A DNA stretch of 64,000 nt, from contig NIVC01000018.1 in the NCBI GenBank assembly GCA_002269645.1, forward strand, positions 184,977-248,976, given 5' to 3'. The stretch comes from Macrostomum lignano. Lineage: Eukaryota. The position numbers and the translations under genes are program-made. Under the pieces are notes generated by a model that saw only the letters and a list, made by a program, of their open reading frames with translations, ran no database searches and had not been told where the DNA came from. Shown here piece after piece: positions 22,501 to 34,844 of this stretch; positions within the stretch are counted from its first letter, which is position 1; each line of letters starts with the position of its first letter.

Positions 22501-25500
22501 CGGCTGCAATCCTTCCCAGGTCTTTTAATTGGCCGCTGCAATCCTCCCCAGGGTCCTTTGGTGGGCCGCTGCAATCCTCCCCAGGTCCTTTGGTGGGCCG
22601 CTGCAATCCTCCCCAGGTCCTTTTTTCTATCACTCAGTGTTAATTTTTCGCACAGGCCGCATTCGACGAGGACGATCTGGCCCAATTCGTCGAACTAATC
22701 CGCACCGTTATGCCCGACGGTTTCTACCTCGTGTCGAAGGAGCCGCCAACGCAGCCGATCGATGACGAATCCCGTCAGCTCCGGCTGACTGTCGGCCTCC
22801 TGTCCGAGCAGCGCGATCGTCGACTGCACGAACAGGCCGAGCTGCTCGAACGGCTGCACGAAGCTCTGGCCCGGACTCGCCTCCTGGAAGCTCAGCTGGC
22901 CAGCGCCGGCCAACCGCCGGCCAGCCCGCTGGCCGAGGCGTCAGGCGCGGCTACGGCTACGGCGGCGGCGGCCGGCAGTCACCTGGTGGTTGAAGTGGCC
23001 GATTTGAAAGCTAAGCTTCGCCGATTGCGAGCCGAATGCGACGAGAAAGCGGAATGCCTGACCGACGCCGAGGCCGAATTGGTCGAGCAGCGCCAATTGG
23101 CCGCCAAATTGAAGGAGGAGAATCTGCAGCTGCTTGGGGAGGCGCGCATGTCCAGACAGTTGCAGGACGAGATCGACATACTCAAGGTATAAAATCCTAT
23201 GACTTATAAGATGACGAGTTTGTTTTTATGTTGCAGTACAGGTATAGTTGCTCCCGTTGTTTACCTAGAGTTTTTGTGTCGAATTTACGTATCGTTACTC
23301 CGGACACTATACAGATTCAGTGCTACCAAAAGCTGCGGAAATTCTTTAAAAAGCACTCTGAAAAATTATGAAACTGGGGGATGCCGTAGTCCAGTGGTCA
23401 AGCGCGGTGCTCTGATGTGCCAGCGGCCCAGGCTCGATTCCAAGTGCAGTCACATTAATTTTTGGCTAAATTGGAATCTTAGTTTGAGTCTTCTTGATGG
23501 CCAAACCCCAAGGCACAGTGAGGTGTACATGCCTAATGATAAATAAAGTTAGGGTCGCTGTACACTCCTGTGCGAGTGTGTGCCTGTGCGTATGACTGCG
23601 TACTTATCTGCGCGCTTGTGTGCCTGCTCAGGAGAGTCGGTGGAATGGACAGTAATGTCTCTCGCCGGTTGTGCGACAATGTCGCTTAAAGTACGCCAGG
23701 GTGCACGCAGCTCCCTGCCTCTAGAAAGATTGGGACTACAATCGCCCCCATCCCCCTCTAGAATCCCCAAATCCCCTACTAGAATTCCCCACCTCCCTCT
23801 GGAATTCCCCATCCCCCACTAGAATTCCCCATCCCCCACTAGAATTTCCCATCCCCCACTAGAATTCCCCATCCCCCGCTAGAATTTCCCATCCCCCACT
23901 AGAATTCCCCATCCCCCACTAGAATTCCCCATCCCCCACTAGAATTCCCCAATCCCCACTAGAATTCCCCATCCCCACTAGAATTCCCCATCCCCACTAG
24001 AATTCCCCATCCCCCACTAGAATTCCCCATCCCCCACTAGAATTCCCCATCCCCCACTAGAATTCCCCATCCCCCACTAGAATTCCCCATCCCCCACTAG
24101 AATTCCCTATCTCCCACTAGAATTCCCCACCCCCCACTAGAATTCCCCACCCCCCACTAGAATTCCCCACCCCCCACTAGAATTCCCACCCCCACTAGAA
24201 TTTCCCATCCCCCACTAGAATTCCCCACCCCCCACTAGAATTCCCCATCCCCCACTAGAATTCCCCATCCCCCACTAGAATTCCCCATCCCCCACTAGAA
24301 TTCCCCATCCCCCACTAAAATTCCCCACCCCCCACTAGAATTCCCCATCCCCCACTAGATTTTCCCATACCCCACTAGAATTCCCCATCCCCCGCTAGAA
24401 TTTCCCATCCCCCACTAGAATTCCCCATCCCCCACTAGAATTCCCCATCCCCACTAGAATTCCCCAATCCCCACTAGAATTCCCCATCCCCCACTAGAAT
24501 TCCCCATCCCCCACTAGAATTCCCCATCCCCCACTAGAATTCCCCATCCCCCACTAGAATTCCCCATCCCCCACTAGAATTCCCCATCCCCCACTAGAAT
24601 TCCCTATCCCCCACTAGAATTCCCCATCCCCCACTAGAATTCCCCACCCCCCACTAGAATTCCCCACCCCCCACTAGAATTCCCCACCCCCCACTAGAAT
24701 TTCCCATCCCCCACTAGAATTCCCCACCCCCCACTAGAATTCCCCATCCCCCACTAGAATTCCCCATCCCCCACTAGAATTCCCCATCCCCCACTAGAAT
24801 TCCCCATCCCCCACTAAAATTCCCCACCCCCCACTAGAATTCCCCCACCCCCCCCATGATAAAAAAAACCGACCGCCGCTGTACACCCTATCTGAGAGTG
24901 TGCGTGCTCGAGAGTACAAGGGGATCTACTTGTCTTCCTACTTCACAATTTTGATTCCGAAACCTCACAGGAGCGCACGGCCAAGTGCTCCCGCCTTGAA
25001 GACGAAATCAGCCGACTGCGCGATCGAACCAAACAGCTGGAGGCCTATCGCAATCGGGCCGAGGAGCTGCGGAACGAGAATGACGGACTGCATCGGCGGG
25101 CCGCTGAACTGGAGGATCTGCTTGAGCGGAGCGGGGCGGACGCTGGAAAGGTTTGTCTTGGTTGGCTATTTTACTTTTACTTTTATTGCCGATGGCAAGC
25201 TCAGGAAGATTATGGAGGCAGTCTCCCAGACAGTCCAGAATTCATGGGGAATCTCTCAGGCAGTTAAGAATTCATGGGGAATCTCTCAGACAGTCCAGAA
25301 TTCATGGGGAATCCCTCAGACAGTCCAAAATTCACGGGGAATCTTTCGGACGCACGGATAGAAAGTGAATTAATTACTTAGTTTACGGATGTGATCAGTT
25401 ATGTATGCTTCCTGTAAGCGAGGGAATTTTCGCTGAATTTAAGCGAGGAATTGGGATTATGTATATAATCCCAATTGTAAATAATCCTTTCCCCACTGTT

Positions 25501-28500
25501 GCCCCCATATCAATCAGACCAAGTCCCTGCAAGCCGAACTAAACCGCTGCCGTCAAGAGAAAGAAGATTTAGAAGCATCTCTGGAAGCGGCCAGATCTCG
25601 TATAGTTGAACTAACGGAAGACAACAGCTTTCTAGAGAGCGAGTCCAAGCTGGTACTGAACGATACGCAGAGCCTCGAAGAGGAGCTCCGGCTAGCTCGC
25701 AATGTGCAGAGCTCCGCCCTGTTGGAGGAGACTCTGTCAGACAGTCTGAATGCCGACGCGCACAGCCGCCTACAGAAGGCCGAATCGGACAAGCTGGCAC
25801 TTCGCCGACGCCTGCAGGAGGTCGAGAGCGGCCGAGCCGAACTGGAGAGCGAAGCCGACTCCCTGCGAGATCGGTGTCGCCGGCTAGAGAAAGAATTAGA
25901 GCACGTCAGGCAGAGCGCGATCGGCAAAAATGAGATGGATATACAGGAGATCCAGCGGATTATGTCCGATAATCGGCGGCTGGAGACCAAGGTTGATGAA
26001 GTTAACTCTTAATATTATCAGGCTTGGTTTAGCTTCTATTTCTTAGAAAATTCTTAGAAAGAAAACAGAAACTGCCTTACCTGAGATGATAAAAAGAAAC
26101 TGTTTCTAAATTGACCTTCAATTCTTAGAGAAATCAGAGATTCCTAGAAATGGAAGCGAAAACTCGTTTAAAAAATTTGTTATAAATAGACCTTCAATTC
26201 TTAAAAAATCTTAGATTCCTAGAAATCGTAACAAAAACACGTTTAAAATGCTTCAGAAATTGACCTTCTATTCTTACCATGTCTTAGATTCTTAAAAAAT
26301 CAGGAAAAATGCGTATTAAATGACTCATAAATCAGCTTCTATTTCTTAGAAAAAATCTTAGATTCCTAGAAACGCATTTGAAATGTTTTATAAATTAGCA
26401 ATCAAGTTTTGTCAAATCTCAGAACGAAAAACGCATTGGAAATGAATCATAAGTCGACTTATTCTTAGAAAATCTTAGTTTCCTAGAAATCGGAGCAATA
26501 ATACGCGTTCGGTATGATTCATAAGATGACCTTTGATTCTTATAGAATAGATACCAGGTAAATCATCGATCCATAAATAAACAACAGGTGTGATATATGA
26601 AATTATATCGTATTAAATTCCCCAGATTGAATTCTCACTTAATGACCCTTTACTAACCTACCTGTATAATTGTGCACCTACCTGCTGTTCAGGTGTCCGG
26701 ACTTCAGCAGCAACTAGACGATCTCGAGAGCTCCAACGAGCGCCTAAAATCCGAGCAGGTTCGCTGGTCGTCGGCCAGCCGCGATCTGGAGACAGCTCGG
26801 AAAGCCCTCGCCGAGGCTGGCGACTCCAAGCGCGAAGTTGAAAAGGAGGCGAAACGTTTAAAGCGAGCTTTGGATGCGGCCGAAGCCGATAAGAGCCAGC
26901 TGCAGACGGAGGCGAATTCGCTAAGAGAGGAGCTCACGGAATTGCAGGTGCGCGTTGAGGCTGCGTTTCATTGCCGGATTATCCTGTGCCATTTTCCAAT
27001 TTTGTATTTTTTCAATGCGAGACAGTGCGACTAAGGATTCGATCGATAATGGGTACTTCTGTTAGTACTCAAAGGCTGTGGAACCAATGGTTTAGAGGCT
27101 AAGGACTCAATAGACAGTGGGACTAAGGACTCAATAAAGACAGTGGGGCTAAGGACTCAATAGACAGTGGGACTAAGGACTCAATAAAGACAGTGGGGCT
27201 AAGGACTCAATAGACGGTGGGGCTAAGGACTCAATAGACGGTGGGGCTAAGGACTCAATAGATAGTGGGGCTAAGGACTCAATAGACGGTGGGGCTAAGG
27301 ACTCAATAGATAGTGGGGCTAAGGACTCAATAAAGACAGTGGGGCTAAGGACTCAATAGATAGTGGGGCTAAGGACTCAATAAAGACAGTGGGGCTAAGG
27401 ACTCAATAGATAGTGGGGCTAAGGACTCAATAAAGACAGTGGGGCTAAGGACTCAATAGACGGTGGGGCTAAGGACTCAATAGACGGGGCTAAGGACTCA
27501 ATAGACGGGGCTAAGGACTCAATAGACGGTGGGGCTAAGGACTCAATAGATAGTGGGGCTAAGGACTCAATAGACGGTGGGGCTAAGGACTCAATAGACG
27601 GTGGGGCTAAGGACTCAATAGACGGTGGGGCTAAGGACTCAATAGACGGTGGGGCTAAGGACTCAATAGACGGTGGGGCTAAGGACTCAATAGACGGTGG
27701 GGCTAAGGACTCAATAGACGGGGCTAAGGACTCAATGGACAGTTGGCTAGTGACTCAAAAACAGCACTCAGAATCCACTTGAATCGCAATTCGTGTGCCC
27801 GAATGCTTCACTACTAAACAGACAGTTCAAACCGACAACAGAGCCACCGCTCAGGACGTGCAGGAATTAGAAAAAGAGCGTCTAGAGTTGCTAAGCAACC
27901 TGAATCTGGAGCGCAGCACAGTTGCCAGCTTGCGCGACCAGCTTATTCAAGAGAAGATCCGCTGCCAGAGTCTCAATACAGAGAAGCGACAATCGGTTGC
28001 CATAGATACCAGCGTCACCGACCAGCGGGTGACCACTCTGGAGAGCCGGAACGCGGCTCTACAAGCGGAACTGTTGGCTTGCAAAGACCGGCTTGACAAG
28101 GATAATAAATCTAAGCGACAGTCGCTTGAACGCGGATCAGTTAGCGACTTCCTGGAGATCAAGGATCATCTAGTTCGTGTTGAACGGCAAAATGCCGCTC
28201 TGGAGAAGGAGCGGGACACGCTCGAATCCACCAATGCTCAGCTGAGAGAGCGAGCCAGCGTTGCTGAGGAGCGACTGTCGGCTGCTCAAGATCAGCTGGT
28301 GGAAGCTCAATCCCAGCTGGCCTCGGCTAATGTACAAGTGGCCACGCTGCAGTCTAGCAATGCCGCGCTTGAGACCGAGGTTAAAAGGTTTGTTTTGCAC
28401 TTTTGTAATATACTGGAAACAGAGTAGTTGCTTGGAGGTTTACTGATTGGTTGGTCTTCAAGATTCTCTCTGATTGGCTGGAAGGGGATGTCTTCAAGAT

Positions 28501-30934
28501 TCTCTCTGATTGGCTGGAAGGGGGTGTCTTCAAGATTCTCTCTGATTGGCTGGAAGGGGGTGTCTTCAAGATTCTCTCTGATTGGCTGGAAGGGGATGTC
28601 TTCAAGATTCTCTCTGATTGGCTGGAAGGGGATGTCTTCAAGATTCTCTCTGATTGGCTGGAAGGAGATGTCTTCGAGATTCTCTCTGATTGGCTGGAAG
28701 GAGATGTCTTCGAGATTCTCTCTGATTGGCTGGAAGGAGATGTCTTCGAGATTCTTCCCAATTGGTTAGAGACAACTTTCTTCGAGATTCTGTCTGATTC
28801 GCTCTGATTCCCCACACATTTTTCCCAGGCTCCAAGCGGCCCTGTCCGACCTGCAGTCGCGGCTGCACAAGCTGGACAAAGACTACGCCAAGCTGCTGGC
28901 CGATTACGAACAATTGCGTCAGCTGCACGAACAGTTAAGCCGGGAGTACGAGACCGAATCTACCGAGCGCAAACAGCTGCAAGCTGAGCTGAAGCAGCGC
29001 AAAGCGGAATTGCGAACCCGTTTAGCCGAGATCGACCGGCTAACTAAAGAGGCCGAAAGCTTCAAGCATCTGCAGGAGGCGCTAGAAAATGAGACTAAAA
29101 ACATGGCCGAAGACTCGCGTCAGTATGTTCAACTGCAGGCTCAGTATTCCGACCTGCTGGCCGATCAGCAGCGCCTGCTAGCCGCCAAGGACAAGTGCGA
29201 GCAGGACCTGCGGATGCTCAGCGCTGATGCCGGCTCGATGCGGCGTCGGCTGGCCGAAAGCGAGAATGAGCTGGCGCTGACTGGCGCCGATGCGGGCCGG
29301 CTGCGGGATCAGGTGATTAGAGACATGTCTGATTGGTTTATCGACTGTCAGTTTATCAATCAGCTGATTGGTTTATTTATTGTCAGTTTATCAATCAGCT
29401 GATTGGTTTCTTGATTTTCAGTTTATCAATCAGCTGATTTGTTAGCGATTGTCAGTTTATCAATCAGCTTATTGGTTTCTTGATTTTCAGTTTATCAATC
29501 AGCTGATTTGTTAGTGATTGTCAGTTTATCAATCAGCTGATTGGTTTATCGATTGTCAGTTTATCAATCAGCTGATTGGTTTATCGATTTTCAGTTTATC
29601 AATCAGCTGATTGGTTTATCGATTGTCAGTTTATCAATCAGCTGATTGGTTTATCGATTTTCCCTTTTTTATTCTCACGCAGATCGCCCAGCTCGAGGCC
29701 CAGAATCAGCAGTTAAACCAGGAGAAATCCACTTTGATGGGCGAGCAGCGGCTGTTGCTAACCCAGAATCAGGAGCTGCTAACGCAGACCCTGCAGTTCA
29801 AGGACAATTACAACATCGAAGAGCGCACACTGCGCGAACGCCTGATTGCTTTGCAGCGCCAGAAGGAGCGCTTAGAAGACAAAATCATGGACCAATATAA
29901 GGCTTATTCTCCGGCTAAGAGTGGCGCATCGAAGGGCAAAGGCCGGGCTATACTGGCTAAGGCTAAAGAGATTTTCACGCCTCCTGCCAGTTCGAATGGC
30001 CAGTTTGACCAGCAGCAACAGCAGCAGCCGCAGCCACAATACCATCAGCAGTACCAGCAGCAGCAGCAGAGATTCGAGCCGCGTCACTCCAGCATATTCG
30101 ATCTGCTGCCAAACTGCGGCGGCAGCATCGCGGGCGGTCCCGGCAGCATCGCGGGCGAATCCTCGATAGTGTCGGCCGGGCATCACCAGCAGCAGCGGCA
30201 GCGGGCACAGCAGCAGGAGGACCGGCTAATGCGGGTTGAAGAGTTCCTATGCAGCGAGGCGCCGCCTCCGACTTCGACATCGTCTACTGCTGCCGCTGGC
30301 CTGGCGCGGAATGCTTCTCCGCCAAAGAGTCTCGCTCTGACTAGGTGAGAGGCGAAGGGGTTAAGTTATCTGCACTGATGCAGTATCGCGTGGTCAGTCA
30401 GGTTGAGTCAGGGGGTATAGCACTATTTTGTTTGAGTGCTCAGCGGTAAACGATTTCAGGTTTGAGTGCCTGACGATTAGAGCGTGTGTGTGAGTGCTGT
30501 GCCTGAGTACAGTATTGGCGCTTGTGTGTGCTCAGAAGTCAGCGGAATGAGCAGATTGCCTCAGAGCTGTTTGCGGGATGATGTCGCCGAAGGCTTAGCG
30601 ACAGAGGGCCCGCAACACTTTTGAACATGATTATACACTTCATTCAATTTCCGACACAACCGTGCCGCTTATTCACCAGAAACGGCGCCGACTCAACCGA
30701 TGGCCGTCGAGACAATGACGACGACGATACTGGCGGGTTCCAGCCGCCGCCGGAGCGTCGGTCGGCCAGCGCCCTCGGCTCGCCGATTCGTCGACAATTG
30801 CCACCGACTCCGCCTGTTAATCGGCGACGTGCCGGGACGTCAACTCCGACGCCCGCCATGTCGCATCATCAGGTTGGCCTGGGATGGATTTGAGATTGAA
30901 ACAAGCAGGCAGTCGGGCAGGAAGGCAGGCAGGC

Positions 30935-30967
<33 letters not shown>

Positions 30968-31486
30968 CTAAGACACTAAAACTAAGACACTAAAAGACAG
31001 GCAGACAGACACTAAGACAGACACTAATACACTAAGACAGACAGACAGACACTAAGACACTAAAAGACAGGCAGACAGACACTAAGACAGACACTAATAC
31101 ACTAAGACAGGCAGACAGACACTAAGACACTAAGACACTAAAAGACAGGCAGACAGACACTAAGACAGACACTAATACACTAAGACAGGCAGACAGACAC
31201 TAAGACACTAAAAGACAGGCAGACAGACACTAAGACAGACACTAATACACTAAGACAGGCAGACAGACACTAAGGCACTAAAACAGACAGACACTAAGAC
31301 AGACACTAAGACAGACAGACACTAAAACAGACAGACACTAAAACAGACAGACAGACAGACAGACACTAAGACACTAAAACAGACAGACAGACAGACAGAC
31401 ACTAAGACACTAAAACAGACAGACACTAAGACAGACAGACACTAAAACAGACAGACAGACAGACAGACAGACACTAAGACACTAAA

Positions 31487-31517
<31 letters not shown>

Positions 31518-32452
31518 CTAAGACACTAAAACAGACACTAGGACACTAAAACAGACACTAAGACACTAAGACAGTCAGACAGAAACTAAGAACAAAGAGG
31601 CAGACAGTCAGGCAGTAGAAAATGATGGCTATCCTCTGGTCCATCAATTGTTCAGTCAATTCAGTCAATTAAGGATTTTCTTAAGCCTACCGTTACTATG
31701 AGTAGCCTGTAACGACTTTAAAAACTTTACTCTCTAAAACCTCCTTCCTCCCGCAGCATCAGCAGGCCGCTGTGCCCCCGTCGCCAACCGCCTCAGTCGC
31801 GTCCAGTCGTCTGCCAGCCACGGAGCGCTACGAGAAGAATGAGATTTTTGTTCACGAACGCGGCCACAGTTTTGATAGCCAGCAGCAGCAGCCGCCGCCG
31901 CAGGCTCCGCCGCCCAGACGAGAGTCGGCCGGCCTGCCCGGTCACAAGCCCTACATAGCGATTGGCCGAAGCGGCGGGGGCGGCGGTAGCAGCGCCGCTC
32001 CCAGCGTCCCAGCTCGATCTGTGACGCCCCAGCAGCTGCCCTCGGCTGTAGTGGCTGCCGCAGCCAATTCAACTGGCCGAAATTCGGCGATGCGCTCCAT
32101 GACGCCCGGGCCTCAGATTATTGGCAACATTGCTCCGTCATCTGTTCAGCAGCAGCTGAGGCGGACTATATTCTCTGGCCAACAACCCGCTCCGCAACAG
32201 CAGCAACATCCGGTTCCGCCTCGTAGGCAGGGCAGCGGCGCTTCGGATGGTTCCGGTTCCGGTTCGATGCAGCAGCAGCAACAGCCTCAGCTGCCGCCCC
32301 GAGCCGGTGCCGGCCTGCCCAGATCGGCCACATTTGAGCCGAAAGTGTCCGCCAGTTCTGACCATCATCACCAGCGCGCTACTAATAGTAGTAGCAGCAA
32401 CAGAGATGGTGGCAATCGCAATTCTCTCTGGTTAGATCACGGCTGCTTATAA
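19514..32452 (+). CDS. CCDC88: Girdin/Daple family protein (Hook-type N-terminal domain, long coiled coil, GBA-like motif, PDZ-binding C-terminus), 11 exons
   Basis: Phase-consistent GT-AG exons: 19514-19695, 20184-20508, 22656-23186, 24971-25150, 25518-25991, 26693-26947, 27822-28387, 28829-29312, 29683-30344, 30680-30872, 31757-32452. It has the family signature LQRQKERLEDKIMDQYKAY (cf. LRRQKEKLEEKIMDQYKFY) and ends WLDHGCL* (cf. Daple WYEYGCV). Confidence 0.9.
19820..20112 (+). repeat. 21-bp intronic minisatellite (gattcgggacttgagtgtaca), CCDC88 intron 1
   Basis: Tandem units are visible. Confidence 0.9.
20530..22620 (+). repeat. About 32-bp intronic minisatellite (gtcctttgttaggcggctgcaatccttcccag), CCDC88 intron 2
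   Basis: About 2.1 kb of tandem units fill nearly the whole intron. Confidence 0.95.
23755..24855 (+). repeat. 20-bp intronic minisatellite (actagaattccccatccccc), CCDC88 intron 3
   Basis: About 55 near-identical units. Confidence 0.95.
25215..25345 (+). repeat. 30-bp repeat, about 4 copies (cagacagtccagaattcatggggaatctct), CCDC88 intron 4
   Basis: Tandem units are visible. Confidence 0.85.
27095..27740 (+). repeat. About 24-bp minisatellite (gactcaatagacggtggggctaag), CCDC88 intron 6
   Basis: Tandem units are visible. Confidence 0.95.
28440..28800 (+). repeat. 36-bp minisatellite (tcttcaagattctctctgattggctggaaggggatg), CCDC88 intron 7
   Basis: About 9-10 units. Confidence 0.95.
29325..29660 (+). 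repeat. About 35-bp minisatellite (ctgattggtttatcgattgtcagtttatcaatcag), CCDC88 intron 8
   Basis: Tandem units are visible. Confidence 0.9.
30900..31600 (+). repeat. (AGAC)n / agacactaa compound microsatellite, CCDC88 intron 10
   Basis: Low-complexity tandem units. Confidence 0.9.
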
Positions 32453-33989
32453 ACTCTATTGATGCTGCTCAGCAAAACACACGCTATAGAATCGAGTGCA
32501 ATTCAAAATTTGGCGCTGTTTCAAATTCTTTTTATTAGCGCGAATTTGAATTTGTTTGTGTTTTAAAAATTCAATAAATATAATTTTGTTATCAGCTTCA
32601 AGGATAATAGTTATATTAGTATATTAGTTCTCACTAGAAATATTGTTTGTCACTAATTGTTGCTAAAGCCACTATTGTACACACAGTAGTTCACGCCTTC
32701 ACTTCAATGTCACCTCTTCTATGCATGTCCGCATCGGTGGGTTACTTGCAGTAGTTAGAAAGATAATTTTTGTTTTGATCAGCGGGTCTGGCCCAACATT
32801 TTAGCTGCTTGTTATCTGTGATAATTTTCAAATGTGGAAAATGAATAATTGCATCATTTTCAGAGCAGTTCAAACTCAATAAAAACTGTTCATATTTGTT
32901 GTTTTGTTTTATTAAAACTCCTACCTATCAAGGTGTTTGTTTTCAAATGAATGATCTATAGGATAATATATAAAATCGGCCTTTTCTGCGAAACGAGGCT
33001 GTGAATTGTGCTCTCTCGTCTTTAAAAAATTCGCATACAACGCTTTCTATTGTTGAACTTTTCTTGTCATTTCTGTCATCGAAGTGAGAGTTTTAATCGA
33101 CAATTTGACAAATTAGGCCATCTGGCATTGCTGCTTTTTGCTTGGCATTTTTGTCTGTCCCCTTCCCCTATTTTTAATCCCCACAGTTTTTGCTTTGTTT
33201 CCCTCAGCGGGTGAATTTTTTAAAAATTCAATTCGACTAATTTCTCAACTTTCCTTCTCGAACCTTTCTACACTACTCATATTTCATCAGTAGCAGTAGT
33301 AGTATTTTTTGCCAAAAAAATTTTTTATTCGCGGGTAACTCGGTGTAATTTTTCTTGTGCAGATTTGCCTGAATGAACGATTTCGCTTGGACTCGGCCCG
33401 CGTGTCTTTGTTGTTGTTGTTGTTTTGTCTCCAAAATAATGTTCATACATTTTTTTACATTACAATATTTGTATTTAGGTTTTTCTGCTGTAGGCAACTT
33501 GCTTTTGTCAAACTGAAAGGGTATTGCCTTTTTTAGCTATTGTTACAAAACCAGTTCCGTGCTTGCCTGCCTCTGTGCTGTATTTTCCGTCTAGTTTAAA
33601 AAAACAGCTTTAAGAACTTCGATGACTACTTTTAGTACCCTTGCTTCCTTCGCTGTAAAAATTGTCTGTGGGACTTTTGTGTTGATAGCGTTTTTAATTT
33701 TTCAATGGGCTTGTTTTTTGGCGTTCGTATTTTCACTATTTTGTGGCATACCGGACGGCATGGTTTGGATCTTTTTTATTTTCTATTCGCTCTTCTTTTT
33801 GTGTCTTTTTGCTGCATATCTCCTTTCTTGACATGTATTATAAGCATATTTGCTCCTCTGTAGCTCGTTCACTTCTATCTATTCTAATCTTATATTCTGC
33901 AAGCTTATTTATTAGCTAATTATATATGAATACAAATGCAAAGTATACTTATATACTATACTGTGCTTTTGTCTTGCTCTCTATTGTAC

Positions 33990-34690
33990 TCATCTACTCG
34001 ATCTAGTCAGGCTTCTGTCAGAGCATCTACTCGATCTAGTCAGGCTTCTGTCAGAGCATCTACTCAATCTAGTCAGGCTTATGTCAGAGCATCTACTCAA
34101 TCTAGTCAGGCTTTATGTCAGAGCATCTACTCAATCTAGTCAGGCTTCTGTCAGAGCATCTACTCAATCTAGTCAGGCTTCTGTCAGAGCATCTACTCAA
34201 TCTAGTCAGGCTTCTGTCAGAGCATCTACTCAATCTAGTCAGGCTTTATGTCAGAGCATCTAGTCAGGCTTTATGTCAGAGCATCTAGTCAGGCTTTATG
34301 TCAGAGCATCTACTCAATCTAGTCAGGCCTCTGTCAAAAAGATCTAATCAATCTAGTCAGGCCTCTGTCAAAAAGATCTAATCAATCTAGTCAGGCCTCT
34401 GTCAAAAACATCTAATCAATCTAGTCAGGCCTCTGTCAAAAACATCTAATCAATCTAGTCAGGCTTCTGTCAGAGCATCTACTCAATCTAGTCAGGCTTC
34501 TGTCAGAGCATCTACTCAATCTAGTCAGGCTTTATGTCAGAGCATCTACTCAATCTAGTCAGGCTTCTGTCAGAGCATCTACTCAATCTAGTCAGGCTTC
34601 TGTCAGAGCATCTACTCAATCTAGTCAGGCTTTTGTCAGGGCGTCTACTCAATCTAGTCAGGCTTCTCTCAGAACATCTACTCAATCTAG
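33990..34690 (+). repeat. 33-bp intergenic minisatellite (tctactcaatctagtcaggcttctgtcagagca)
   Basis: The tandem units end about 150 bp before the KATNIP ATG. Confidence 0.95.
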
Positions 34691-34844
34691 CCCGTCAGGT
34701 TGTAAAAACTCACTTCAACATGTCTTCAATATTAATTTCAGGTGGTCAGAGTCAGAGCAACCCATTATTAACTTACCTAGCAGCCACAGACGTGACAGCG
34801 GCAAAAAAAGCAACACAGCCAAGCAACAAAGCAGAGAGCGCACA

